Assembly (NCBI GenBank): GCA_963677485.1
Contig: OY781964.1
Span: 512,001-576,000, forward strand
Source: Armatimonadota bacterium
GTDB lineage: Bacteria > Armatimonadota > HRBIN16
Direction: 5' to 3'
Length of the DNA: 64,000 bases
Shown: in pieces, positions 1 through 9,794 of the stretch
How the letters are laid out: each line of letters opens with the position of its first letter
How positions within the stretch are numbered: the first letter of the stretch is position 1
Position numbers and translations under genes: made by a program
The notes under the pieces: generated by a model
The model's input: the letters and a program-made list of their open reading frames with translations, nothing else
What the model was told of the DNA's origin: nothing
Databases searched by the model: none

Positions 1-1717
1 CATCCGCTTGATATCATCGGCGTAAATCTCGGCATTGCTCAGTTTACGCTCGGTGCAACGGCTGTCACGATTGATCGCCTGCGGTTCGTCATGGCCGATG
101 TGAAGGTAGTTCGGCTTCATGCAGTTGATGACATTGCGTATGGAGCGGCGCATGATCTCACGGTAGAGCGGCTCCGATGGGCAGCATGTCTGGGCCCCTT
201 CATACGATGAGTTGAAACTGAGCGTCAACCGCTCCCCATCCCTGATTCCGCTGTTTCGCGGGATGGTCAGTTGAATGGACGGAATCCCCTTTTTGGCGCG
301 CCGAATCTGGAGGTTGTAGTCTTTACCCTCGGCGTATTTGGTGCCGTCGGATGGGTCTGTGACGACTATCCGAGCGGATTTCGTGATGACTGCATTGGCC
401 ACTATGGCATCATCATGCTTGATGCCCTTCATCGACACATCGTCGAACCACGAAGCGCCTGTCGCGTCCTGGAGCCTGATAAAAATGCAGACTTTGCTAT
501 ATCCGGCGGTGCCAATGGAACAAGACATGCGCTGCCAGTCAGTAGTGCCCTTCAGTGACGTGGTGCGGCCGAGTGGTTCTGGTGATAGTCCGCCGTTGCT
601 GTCAACCCCATATACCTCGGCATAAGCACCGGCATACTGGTTGTTGTTCGTGCGCACGTCTTTGGTTTTGATCATACAGCTGAGCTCGTAGCGGCAGCGT
701 GCCTGACACGGCATGATCTGCCATGAACGGAGCATACCTGTATTCTGTATGGAGATACGCAGACTGGATTGCCCGGGATATTTCTCTGACTGTTCTACGG
801 CGATGCCGTCGTTGTTGTTATCTACAGTCCAGCCAGTCGGGTTCCCATCACGGTTTTGGTCAAACCCGGCGTTGATGATCTTCAAGTCGGACACAACACC
901 GTCCTCGGCCTGGATCATGCGCTGACGTGCCATCACCGGCATGTTGGAAACATACGACGCCTCAAGGCAGCGCGGCTCAATGCCCAGAATCGTGGTCCCG
1001 TGGCCGAAGCTCTGCAGCTCGGGGATCGGCTCAATGAAATGCCTTCGGCATTCATCGGCGATTTTCTTCCAACGAGCTTTAGGCTTTGGTTGGTCGAGTT
1101 GATACAGCTCAGTGTATTCAAACACGATGAAGTTGAGCTTCATAGATGCGAAATACTCGATCTTCTTCTCGGGGTTGTCCTCAGCAATATACGTGCCGCG
1201 CAGCTTCAACTCCGGCCAGTCAGATATCTTGACCTTCGCGATACTGCCGTCGGACCGCGTCAACTGCAGCAGCGTCATCAAGCCGTAGTAAAGACCCTGA
1301 ACGTCTTTACCCTGGATCACAACCCAGTCGTCTCCCACCATCAGACGGTAGCCCTGTTCTTGTGGCTCAGGCAACCCGGTGAAAAGTCGGTCGAGTTCCG
1401 GGCTAGGCTTGACGCCCAGCCAGAGGGTGCCGCTTGTGCCCGGCTTCTTCAAGCTCACGGATTTCGGGATGGCAGACAGCCCCTTTAGCCTCAGTTTGGC
1501 GGTTAAGCTGCTCCATTCCGGTGACCGCTCTGCTGCATCCCTGTTCCAGCACATAAGAGCGGATACTGTGGATTGGGAGCGGTGTCGAGTCAGTAGACTC
1601 GATGAGCTGTGGTGATGGCAGCAACTCATGCAGCGATGCCTGCCCGAATGATGCCAGACTAGCTAACGTGAGAACCGCCGATGCAGCAGTGATAATAGCC
1701 GATGTGAGTATTCGCAT
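1..1717 (-). pseudogene. GH20 beta-N-acetylhexosaminidase-like protein with an inserted CBM4-like domain; frameshifted near 1501; runs off the window start
   Basis: The signal peptide and LLPSPQ start are in ORF 1403-1717. A second frame, open down to position 1, reads EQGYRLMVGDDWVVIQGKDVQGLYYGLMTLLQL, IRDWPELKLRG, IPELQSFGH and YLHIGHDEP (GH20 motifs). Removing one C at about 1501 joins the two frames. Confidence 0.8.
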
Positions 1718-1900
1718 GATTTGCCATCCTTATAACAATCTACATTCATACTACGACTAATAAGTGTTATAACACCACCTGACCAGCGGGCTCCTCATCC
1801 CAACGCGGCCACACGGTGTTCAGACCGTTCACGCTCACGCGGATACGCACAGCTAACATCAATATCGATAGCCTCGTGTTCCACCCTGGCAGCTCATCGA

Positions 1901-3112
1901 CTACCCAATGATCGATATCGACGAAGCACCATAGCACAGCACTCGGTTTTTTCCGCACGGAGCCAGGTGATCTTTGGCTCCGATGTTAAGGCCATTCGGG
2001 TATGAGATTGCTTTTCCCGGAATATTCAGGATACCTGTATACTCCTTTGTATCGGGACGATGGCTGAACGCAGGAGGGATCGGCACAGTATCAGAAACAG
2101 CCTTGGGGTCATTTTCGAGATGCGGTAAGATTACAGAATGGCCACCGATACCCACTGCATCTTCATTGTTCAACTGCGTATGACGGATCATGCCCAACCT
2201 ACGCCCTGACGATACGTTATAGACCATATATCGACATCCGTAATCAATCCCAGATCCCACAGACGCCTGTGCCACGATGTAATCCTTGTTGGTTTTAATC
2301 ACCACACCAGGGAAATGGATTTTGGGAAACTCAACCCAATAGTGAAACAAGCCACTTCGTAAATCGAGTTTGTACAATCCATCACTTGACACCATGATTA
2401 ACCCTGACTCTGTTTCGGACCACCATTCGCGGACATATGTATTCCATAAACGCACATGCCGGACCGCTCCATTATACGTTTCATAGACACGTACATAGCT
2501 TGAATTGGTGGTAAACAGCACAATCCAGCCTTGTGCATGCAGACAACACTCGTCTGGTTTCTTTTCTAACAGCTTTTTCCACTTCAATTTCAGGTTCTGA
2601 TAACATTCTAGAAACCCGTGCTGGTCCCAGAGTATTATGTAGCCATTTTGTGCTGTTAAGCATGACTTGTTTCCGCCGACACCGAAAGGACTACCGGCAA
2701 TGGGGCTACCGGTCTCCAGGCTTCGAATCGTAGCCTTCCCGTTGAATGTGTCGAGAAACTGCGTCTGGCTGATGATATGGATACACTCTGGCCGTTCTCC
2801 GTAGGCACTCCAAAACCCGGCACGTGTCAGGTAGTTCTCAACTACACCATTGGTCTGTGATTTTGACGAATACTTCACTTCCGTCCTATAGGCCCACAGT
2901 TCTCGGTTGTTCTTCACATCGTATTTTACAACCCAGTCATATGCATCGGTCGTATGCAGCTCATACCTGTTTTGGTAGATCAAGACGGAGTTGCTGCCAT
3001 CACCAAGAGGATACACTTTGGCGTTGAAAAACTGCCGTGCCGCACCACCATACGATTTGGTTGTGTCTGCGGCGATGCAACGTGCGGTATTCAGGCTCTC
3101 AACATTTTGCAT
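1901..3112 (-). CDS. hypothetical protein, possibly a beta-propeller
   Basis: 403-aa ORF rich in Trp/Tyr, with blade-like motifs (YDVKNNRELW, LYKLDLRSG, YNVSSGRRLG). Confidence 0.6.
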   Translation of the reverse strand: MQNVESLNTARCIAADTTKSYGGAARQFFNAKVYPLGDGSNSVLIYQNRYELHTTDAYDWVVKYDVKNNRELWAYRTEVKYSSKSQTNGVVENYLTRAGFWSAYGERPECIHIISQTQFLDTFNGKATIRSLETGSPIAGSPFGVGGNKSCLTAQNGYIILWDQHGFLECYQNLKLKWKKLLEKKPDECCLHAQGWIVLFTTNSSYVRVYETYNGAVRHVRLWNTYVREWWSETESGLIMVSSDGLYKLDLRSGLFHYWVEFPKIHFPGVVIKTNKDYIVAQASVGSGIDYGCRYMVYNVSSGRRLGMIRHTQLNNEDAVGIGGHSVILPHLENDPKAVSDTVPIPPAFSHRPDTKEYTGILNIPGKAISYPNGLNIGAKDHLAPCGKNRVLCYGASSISIIG

Positions 3113-3453
3113 GGCTTACCCCTACTTTCGTGACTGTTGGCTTCCTGTGCTAAACCCAGTATCTGTCAGATATCTCCTTCTTCATGCATGGCACTCCAGG
3201 AAAAGTTTTCTGATCACCTCTAGTATATACCATCCGTTTTCAGAATAGCATCGGTAGCACTCATGAAGCTTATTGTCACAACCTCATATCGGCCTACTGA
3301 TCAATCCACGCTAACACAGCCTTAACACTGACCACCCTCCGCTTGAATGCGGCCAGAACCTGCAAGGTATACTATACTTGTTAACAAACCATTGCTAAAT
3401 GCCAAAACAGACGGCATCCAGAAGCGACCACCGCAAGGAGATATGAACCCAAT

Positions 3454-4893
3454 TTGATAGAAACATCCATTCGTAGAACCAAGATAGTCTGCACAGTAGG
3501 CCCCAGTTGCGAGGACGAGGCGACCTTAAGGCAGCTCATGCTGGCCGGTATGAACGTGGCCCGGCTGAACTTCAGCCACGGCACCCACGCCGACAAACTG
3601 CAGCACATCACCAGCGTGCGCCGCATCAGCGAAGAGCTGGACAGGCCAATCGCCATACTCCAGGACCTATGCGGCCCAAAGATCAGGCTCGGTGAGATCG
3701 CCAACCCAGTGGAGCTTCGTCCTGGTCAGGCTGTTTCCTTTTCTATCAACCCAGATGACCGAGACGGCACCATCCCCTTCCCGAATGTGCCCGCATTCAA
3801 GGCGATCTGGAAGGGGCACCGCATCCTGATCGACGATGGCAAGGTAGAGCTTGTGGCCACCAAATGCGATGTCGACCTCATGACCGCGGAAGTGGTGGTG
3901 GGCGGGCCGATTTCTTCACGGAAGGGCGTCAACCTCCCTGACACACGTCTGCCTGTCTCCTCGGTCACCCCGAAAGACCTTGATGACCTGCGTTTCGGCA
4001 TCGAAAACGGCGTCGACTGGGTGGCGGTCAGCTTCATCCGCTCTGCGGCCGACCTGAGTCCGGTCATCCAACTGCTCCGACACCACAACTCGCGGGTGAA
4101 GCTGATCGGCAAGATCGAAAAGCGCGAAGCGGTGCAGAACCTTGATGAGATCATGGACGTGGTGGATGGCATCATGATCGCGCGCGGCGACTTGGGCGTT
4201 GAGATCCCCATTGACGAAGTGCCGGTGGTTCAGAAACACATCATCCTTGAGGCGAATAAACGCGGCAAGCTGGTGATCACCGCCACACAGATGCTGGAGT
4301 CTATGATGAATGCGCCGCGCCCCACCCGCGCTGAAGCCAGCGATGTGGCCAACAGCATTCTGGACGGCACCGATGCGGTGATGCTGTCTGGGGAGACGGC
4401 GGCCGGGCACTACCCCGTGCAGACCGTCGATATCATGAGTAAAATCTGTGCTCGGATGGAGCAGTCCGTGGTCGGCGTAGTGCGCGAGCACAACCTGGCC
4501 AACATGGGTGCGCAATCCACAACCGAAGCGGTGGCCGAGGCCATCTGGCATGTCAGCCACGGGATTGGTGCCCGCGCCATCGCCTGCGCCACCCAATCCG
4601 GCGGCACTGCGCGGCTGGTCAGCAAGAACCGCCCGCACGCGCCGATCATCGCCTTGACACCCGACGAGGTGACCTACCGGCAGTTGGCTCTCGCCTGGGG
4701 CGTCCGGCCGTTACTCTGCCGTGATGTCAAGACAATGGAAGAGATGCTGTTAATGGTAACGGAGACGATGAGCGATTCCGGCTTTGTGAAGGCTGGCGAC
4801 ACCATCGTGATCACCGCCGGCATCCCGGTTGGCGTGCCCGGCCGCACCAATTTCATCAAGGTGCATACCATGGGCGACACCATCACTGCGTAG
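3454..4893 (+). CDS. pyk: pyruvate kinase
   Basis: RRTKIVCTVGP, ARLNFSHG, DLCGPKIR, ARGDLGVE, ATQMLESM and DGTDAVMLSGETAAG motifs. Confidence 0.97.
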   Translation: MIETSIRRTKIVCTVGPSCEDEATLRQLMLAGMNVARLNFSHGTHADKLQHITSVRRISEELDRPIAILQDLCGPKIRLGEIANPVELRPGQAVSFSINPDDRDGTIPFPNVPAFKAIWKGHRILIDDGKVELVATKCDVDLMTAEVVVGGPISSRKGVNLPDTRLPVSSVTPKDLDDLRFGIENGVDWVAVSFIRSAADLSPVIQLLRHHNSRVKLIGKIEKREAVQNLDEIMDVVDGIMIARGDLGVEIPIDEVPVVQKHIILEANKRGKLVITATQMLESMMNAPRPTRAEASDVANSILDGTDAVMLSGETAAGHYPVQTVDIMSKICARMEQSVVGVVREHNLANMGAQSTTEAVAEAIWHVSHGIGARAIACATQSGGTARLVSKNRPHAPIIALTPDEVTYRQLALAWGVRPLLCRDVKTMEEMLLMVTETMSDSGFVKAGDTIVITAGIPVGVPGRTNFIKVHTMGDTITA

Positions 4894-4946
4894 GGTTTCA
4901 TCAAGGGCGGTTCGCGAACCGCCCCACCCAATGTCCACGCCGGGCA

Positions 4947-5329
4947 TTTGTCTGAACCACAGATTACACGGATTTATCGGATGACACGGTAGAGAGGGAG
5001 GCCAATCAGGCGATTGGCGTTCCCAGGGGTATCCCCTTCGTGCCTGCGCGTGAGACTCCCCTATTCGTGTCCATTCGTGTCCATTCGTGGTTAAAGTTCC
5101 GGGCTTTGCCTGAACCACGGATTACACGGATATGTCGGATGACAAGGATGGGAAAGCCCGCCCTTCTTCGCGCCTTCGCGTCTTCGCGTGAGACTTCCCT
5201 ATTCGTGTCTATTCGTGTCCATTCGTGGTTCAATTCCCAGACAGTTAAGATGAGTAAGACGAGTAGGACGTGGGGCCCACCTAATCTGCGTAATCTGTGC
5301 AATCTGTGGATGAACCCACTCCGCGTGAG
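4947..5329. repeat. composite intergenic repeat array (left copy)
   Basis: Modules AACCACRGATTACACGGAT, GGGAGGCCAATCAGGCGATTGGCGTTCCCAGG, CTTCGCGTCTTCGCGTGAGA, ATTCGTGTCCATTCGTGGTT, TAAGATGAGYAAGACGAGTAGGAC and AATCTGCGTMATCTGTGYAATCTGTGGAT, all recurring at 7028-7562. Confidence 0.9.
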
Positions 5330-5332
5330 GGT

Positions 5333-6682
5333 CTACCTCGCCGTGGCGGTGATACTCCGCAGCTCCGCTATCGGAACAAGCACCGGTTGTCGCAGTTTGC
5401 CTTTGCCGACAACCAACCCCACCACCTGGCCTTTGGTGTTGTATATCCAGCACATGCCTGTGTACCTGTCAGATGGTATACACCGGAATGGTGTGATCTG
5501 CGATACACGGGTGCGTGTAACATATGCTGCCCCATTTTCGTAGTAGTTACTACCTACTATATAAACGGGATCATGGATTTTGAGCCGTTGCGAAGCCGCA
5601 TTAGTGAGTCCCGGAGCACACAACTGCAGTTTTTGAACAGGCAGCCACAAATCCCCGCCTAACACAGGCTCACGACGCACATAACGCATCATGACCAGCT
5701 TGTTGTTCAACATGACATTGCGGTTCGGTATGCTGGAGAGCCCATCTTTCTTGCTGCGATTACATAAGGCCAACCCATCCGAACGGATGATCACCCCATA
5801 CAGAACACCAGGTTTCCCGGATTTATTAAGCATAGACGGTGGTAACTCTGCCAGCATGCGCTGATAAAGATTGCCAAGGGGTGTCTTTGGCTCTATAGCA
5901 CTGGAAACACGAATAGGTGTATTGGCCTCATTAAACTGCTTGAGGGGCTTGATGTTTCTGGACACAATGTGAGCGCTGCCTTTTTGATAACCGATAAATG
6001 ACCCGTCAGAGGGGCGGAAAAGCAGCATCTGGCCGGCACACATCGGGTAATCATATAAGCCGCATACAGTCATCGTCTGGTGCCTGCCATCCTCATCCGG
6101 CCAGACCGTGCCCGGTTCGTCGTTCATCCACTGCACTTTCCGCGCCTCATACAGTCGATACTGCCCAGCCAGTTGTGGTATAGCGAGTCGACGAATGTCC
6201 AGATACGGCTGCGGCGGGATGGTATCGACAGGCCGCAAGATCAGACTATCGCAGTCCTTGGATATGGCGGTCACCCAATAGGTGTAGTTGCTGCCATCCG
6301 CGGCGAGTAGGCTATAACGAGATCCAAGGATACGTTTATCAAGCTTCCGTGCGAATTTACGCATTGCCGCAGACCGATCTACACTGACAACATTCCGGAA
6401 GTTCCCCAAGAAGCTGTCATAACTCGATATCGCTGTTCCGTCAGCGGAGATAATGGTGACCATCTCGGTTGGTTGCGGTAGATTGCTCTTCATCACGCGA
6501 TCCAGCAACGACGGTATCCGCCTAATGGGGCGCACGCACTTCCTGCAGCTCCACTCCACGCGCTGAGACGCACTCAGTCCACTCGGCGGGGTGAGCTGTG
6601 GAGGGGTTGGCTTCTGGCAGCCCAACAGCATGACCAGGCCGATGATCACTAGTGGTATTCGAGCTGACAATGCTGGCATCAT
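5333..6682 (-). CDS. putative lipoprotein with degenerate trypsin-like (S1) domain(s)
   Basis: Lipobox VMLLGC. The C-terminal region (GVIIRSDGLALCN ... DPVYIVG ... YNTKGQVVGLVVG) follows the S1 protease pattern. Confidence 0.6.
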   Translation of the reverse strand: MMPALSARIPLVIIGLVMLLGCQKPTPPQLTPPSGLSASQRVEWSCRKCVRPIRRIPSLLDRVMKSNLPQPTEMVTIISADGTAISSYDSFLGNFRNVVSVDRSAAMRKFARKLDKRILGSRYSLLAADGSNYTYWVTAISKDCDSLILRPVDTIPPQPYLDIRRLAIPQLAGQYRLYEARKVQWMNDEPGTVWPDEDGRHQTMTVCGLYDYPMCAGQMLLFRPSDGSFIGYQKGSAHIVSRNIKPLKQFNEANTPIRVSSAIEPKTPLGNLYQRMLAELPPSMLNKSGKPGVLYGVIIRSDGLALCNRSKKDGLSSIPNRNVMLNNKLVMMRYVRREPVLGGDLWLPVQKLQLCAPGLTNAASQRLKIHDPVYIVGSNYYENGAAYVTRTRVSQITPFRCIPSDRYTGMCWIYNTKGQVVGLVVGKGKLRQPVLVPIAELRSITATAR

Positions 6683-6921
6683 TTCTTTTTGCGACGCTCA
6701 TTTTCAACGTCGGTGACAACTGCAATCATCGCTACAGCAAGCGTCACGATGCCTACAGATACTGGCCACCGTTGACCGACATGAAGTATCTCATACGCCA
6801 GAATGGCGAATCCAACAGCGAAAAGATGAAACCAACTTCTTTTTCCGTCCTGCCGGTATCTCCAACTTACGTAAGCGGCGGCCACGGTGGCAACTACCGC
6901 AGATATCGCATTCACGAGCAT
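6679..6921 (-). CDS. small hypothetical membrane protein
   Basis: Three hydrophobic segments. Its stop overlaps the next start (ATGA). The longer ORF call extends into repeat DNA, so the ATG at 6921 is preferred. Confidence 0.55.
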   Translation of the reverse strand: MLVNAISAVVATVAAAYVSWRYRQDGKRSWFHLFAVGFAILAYEILHVGQRWPVSVGIVTLAVAMIAVVTDVENERRKKK

Positions 6922-7027
6922 ACAAATGACCTCATTTTTAGCAAAGACCTGAAAGAGTCGTTCATAACTGATGTATTTTACATCCTTTTCAGCCGAGGTT
7001 GTCAAGGTGCTAGACCAGCACGGTGCT

Positions 7028-7562
7028 TTGTCTGAACCACGGATTACACGGATGGAGAGGATGACACGGATGGAGAGGGAGGCCAATCAGGCGATTGGCG
7101 TTCCCAGGGGTATCCACTTCGCGCCTTCGCGTGAGACTTCCCTGTTCGTGCCCATCGTGTCGATTCGTGGTTCAATTTCCAAGACAGTTAGGATGAGCAA
7201 GACGAGTAGGACGTGGGGCCACCTAATCTGCGTCATCTGTGTAATCTGTGGATATACCCTCTCCCTCTTCGCTTCTTCGCGCCTTCGCGTGAGACTTACC
7301 TATTCGTGTCCATTCGTGGTTCAATTTCTCAGACCTTTATGATGAGCAAGACGAGTAGGACATGAAGCCCACCTAATCTGCGTCATCTGTGTAATCTGTG
7401 GATATACCCTCTCCCTCTTCGCGTCTTCGCGTCTTCGCGTGAGACTCCCCCATTAGTGTCTATTCGTGTCCATTCGTGGTTCAATTCCCAGACAGTTAAG
7501 ATGAGCAAGACGAGTAGGACGTGGGGCCCACCTAATCTGCGTCATCTGTGCAATCTGTGGAT
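7028..7562. repeat. composite repeat array (right copy) with three tandem ~150-bp units
   Basis: Units at about 7117-7253, 7267-7403 and 7417-7562 repeat the modules of 5166-5311. The stretch 7028-7110 matches 4947-5030. Confidence 0.9.
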
Positions 7563-7583
7563 TATAAAACCAACGGGCGCCTC

Positions 7584-8837
7584 TCACCCGCCCCGAAGCG
7601 TCTCGAACATCGCCAGGATGTTCTCCACCGGCGTGTTGGGCTGGATGTTGTGAATCGCCGCCGCCACCAGACCGCCATCTTGACCCAACACCCGCATCCG
7701 ATCGGCAACCTGCGTACGCACCTCATCCGGGGTGCCAAACGGCAGCGTATGCTGCGTATCAACGATGCCGCCCCAAAACACCAGCTTCTCACCCCACCGC
7801 TGCTTCAATGTCTCAGGCTCCATGCCTTTGGCTGAGCACTGAACGGGATTGAGTATGTCCACACCGGCTTCCACGAAGTCATCAAGGAAGGCCACCACGG
7901 AGCCGCAGGTGTGAAACAGCGTCTTCCAACTGGTTTGCTGATGCACCCAGTCGTTGATGCGCTTATGGTGCGGTTTAAAGAACTCGCGGTAGGTGTTGGG
8001 GTTGATGAACGGACCGTTCTGTGTTCCGAAGTCGGTGCCGGAAATGCCGATCACATCGATCTTGTCACCCACCGCTTTATATATGCGCTGAAGGTTTTGG
8101 ATCGCGATCTCGGTCTGCCGTTCGTAGATGCCGTGGATATACTCGGGGTAGAGCAGCGGCGCAGTGTACCACATCTCCACATCGCGGATGCCTTTCGGGT
8201 TCTTCATGCCCGGACCTGGCACCTTGGCGATGTCACCTAACCCTCCGCAACCTGACCAGTAGACGATCGCCAGCTCGGTGTTCGCATACAGATGATCGAT
8301 CTGCTGCTTCAGGAAATCCACTTCCTCATCGGTGTGGACGCTGGTGTAGCCATCGAGCCACTCATCGGGGTCAAGATGGTCCTCATCGATGGGATGCTGC
8401 CTGATGATGGCATCGAAATAGTATCCGGCGCGCGGCATCCGGGCAGACGGCGGCAGCGTGGTGTCGCCCTGCGGATGCATCAACAGGTCACCATTGGTGT
8501 CAGTTGTGATGTTGAACTGGCCGGGCACCAGCACTTCCGTGCCGTCAAACAGTTGCCAGGGTTTCCAGTTTTCGTTGCGAAACCCGAACATGGTGGTGGG
8601 TCCAAACACCGGCACGGTGTCGATACCCAGCAGCGTCCTGACCTCAGGCTCCACCTCGGCGAGAATCTGGTAGGGTTCGACCACCTTCACCCGCGCAGAC
8701 GGCAGGCCCAGCGCACTTCGCAGCTTCGCGTAGGTGCTGACTGCGATGCCGGTCACCGAGGTGCCCCCAAGGTCGACCGGTGTCTTGTCCGGTTTGCGGT
8801 GGTTGATGGCTGCCTGGATGCGTTCTCTGGAGGTCAT
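7584..8837 (-). CDS. uroporphyrinogen decarboxylase / MtaA-CmuA methyltransferase family protein
   Basis: MTSRERI..A..H..PD start; DFGTQNGPF, FHTCGS, GVDILNPVQ, FWGGIVDTQ and HNIQ..TPVEN motifs. Confidence 0.88.
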   Translation of the reverse strand: MTSRERIQAAINHRKPDKTPVDLGGTSVTGIAVSTYAKLRSALGLPSARVKVVEPYQILAEVEPEVRTLLGIDTVPVFGPTTMFGFRNENWKPWQLFDGTEVLVPGQFNITTDTNGDLLMHPQGDTTLPPSARMPRAGYYFDAIIRQHPIDEDHLDPDEWLDGYTSVHTDEEVDFLKQQIDHLYANTELAIVYWSGCGGLGDIAKVPGPGMKNPKGIRDVEMWYTAPLLYPEYIHGIYERQTEIAIQNLQRIYKAVGDKIDVIGISGTDFGTQNGPFINPNTYREFFKPHHKRINDWVHQQTSWKTLFHTCGSVVAFLDDFVEAGVDILNPVQCSAKGMEPETLKQRWGEKLVFWGGIVDTQHTLPFGTPDEVRTQVADRMRVLGQDGGLVAAAIHNIQPNTPVENILAMFETLRGG

Positions 8838-8897
8838 GTTGGTGCTCCCTATTATCACTATGCGGACGGATTTTTGGCGTGTATGTGTCTTGCTTGC

Positions 8898-9057
8898 CTA
8901 TGTCTGGGGCGGTCTGTCAGTACGCCAGCGGTGGCCACTGTCTATAGACCGCGCCGGTCTTGATCTCGAAAATGAACTAGTCAGGCTATCCGCCAGACCG
9001 GCGCGGTCTTGAGCCTTCTGTATCCGCTAGCGTCCTGCCAGACCGCCCCGGACATAG
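8898..9057. repeat. ~160-bp imperfect palindromic element
   Basis: CTATGTCTGGGGCGGTCTG...AGACCGCGCCGGTCT pairs with AGACCGGCGCGGTCT...CAGACCGCCCCGGACATAG. Half copies lie at 39229-39299 and 62121-62183. Confidence 0.75.
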
Positions 9058-9199
9058 CCAACGCTATATGCGGACGCCTATATGTCACCTCAAGCAACGC
9101 ATCCGTTGCAGTATGTGCTGCCTTACCAGCATGGGAGGATGCTTGTCTGGGTCTTCGATACCACCAACATGATACCCAGTTATTGAGCGAGAAGACAGG

Positions 9200-9304
9200 A
9201 ATCTGCGTGTGGATAAAAGCTGTCGGATTACCCTTGAGATTCAATCTGAAGTCTGGATATTGCGCAACATCGGTTCACACGATGATACCCTCGGAAACCC
9301 CTGA
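9200..9304 (+). pseudogene. 3' remnant of a RelE/ParE-superfamily toxin gene
   Basis: Translates NLRVDKSCRITLEIQSEVWILRNIGSHDDTLGNP*. There is an in-frame stop at 9170 and no intact 5' part. Confidence 0.5.
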
Positions 9305-9482
9305 CGCAGAGGCGGTTTGATACACCAGTCTATTACCCCAAATCGAACAATAGGCATATAGCCTCCGGTTCCGCGACATAAATGCCTCGGCTATTGACCG
9401 GCCTGCAGGGTTACGCCCTGATAGTTTGGTGGATGCAGACGGCTTTTAGGCGGCTTTTCGGATAATAAGCGTGTCCTTCAGG

Positions 9483-9712
9483 GCAGTCTATTACCCACAA
9501 ATATTACATGGCCAGTAGGTCACCGATTCCGCGACATAAATGTCTCGGCTATTGATCAGCAAGCCTGCTGAAGCAGTCTTCATTAACGTTATCTTTGTCG
9601 GCAAGGAGCTCCGCAGCCCGGTTTAGCGGGCTTGTTGATCAGTAGCCGAGACATTCATGTCGCGGCACATGGTCGATACGATCCCAATCTGGATTTGTGG
9701 GTAATAGACTGG
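9483..9712. mobile_element. MITE with ~20-bp TIRs and a perfect 8-bp TSD
   Basis: Ends GCAGTCTATTACCCACAAAT / ATTTGTGGGTAATAGACTGG. CCTTCAGG is present at 9475-9482 and 9713-9720. It has a long internal inverted repeat and a partial second copy from 9325. Confidence 0.8.
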
Positions 9713-9794
9713 CCTTCAGGACGCGGTGGTGAGTATATAATTCGTCGGTCATTGCCTTGGTTAATACACCCCTGCGTCAAAATACAACCCCGGG

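Noticed and set aside
3311-3328. TAACAC direct repeat with 11-bp period (OmpR-like box) upstream of pyk
   Set aside because: Only two short copies; insufficient evidence.
3443-3457. Mini-ORF ATG-AAC-CCA-ATT-TGA overlapping the pyk TTG start
   Set aside because: The SD-ATG spacing is only 2 nt; it cannot be distinguished from chance.
4750-5543. Short ORFs across the repeat arrays (also 6971-7653 and 42065-42314)
   Set aside because: They are translations of non-coding repeats (NHEWTRMDTN, ICVICVICG).
7028-7562. CRISPR array
   Set aside because: The whole ~150-bp units repeat, there are no unique spacers, and no cas genes are present.
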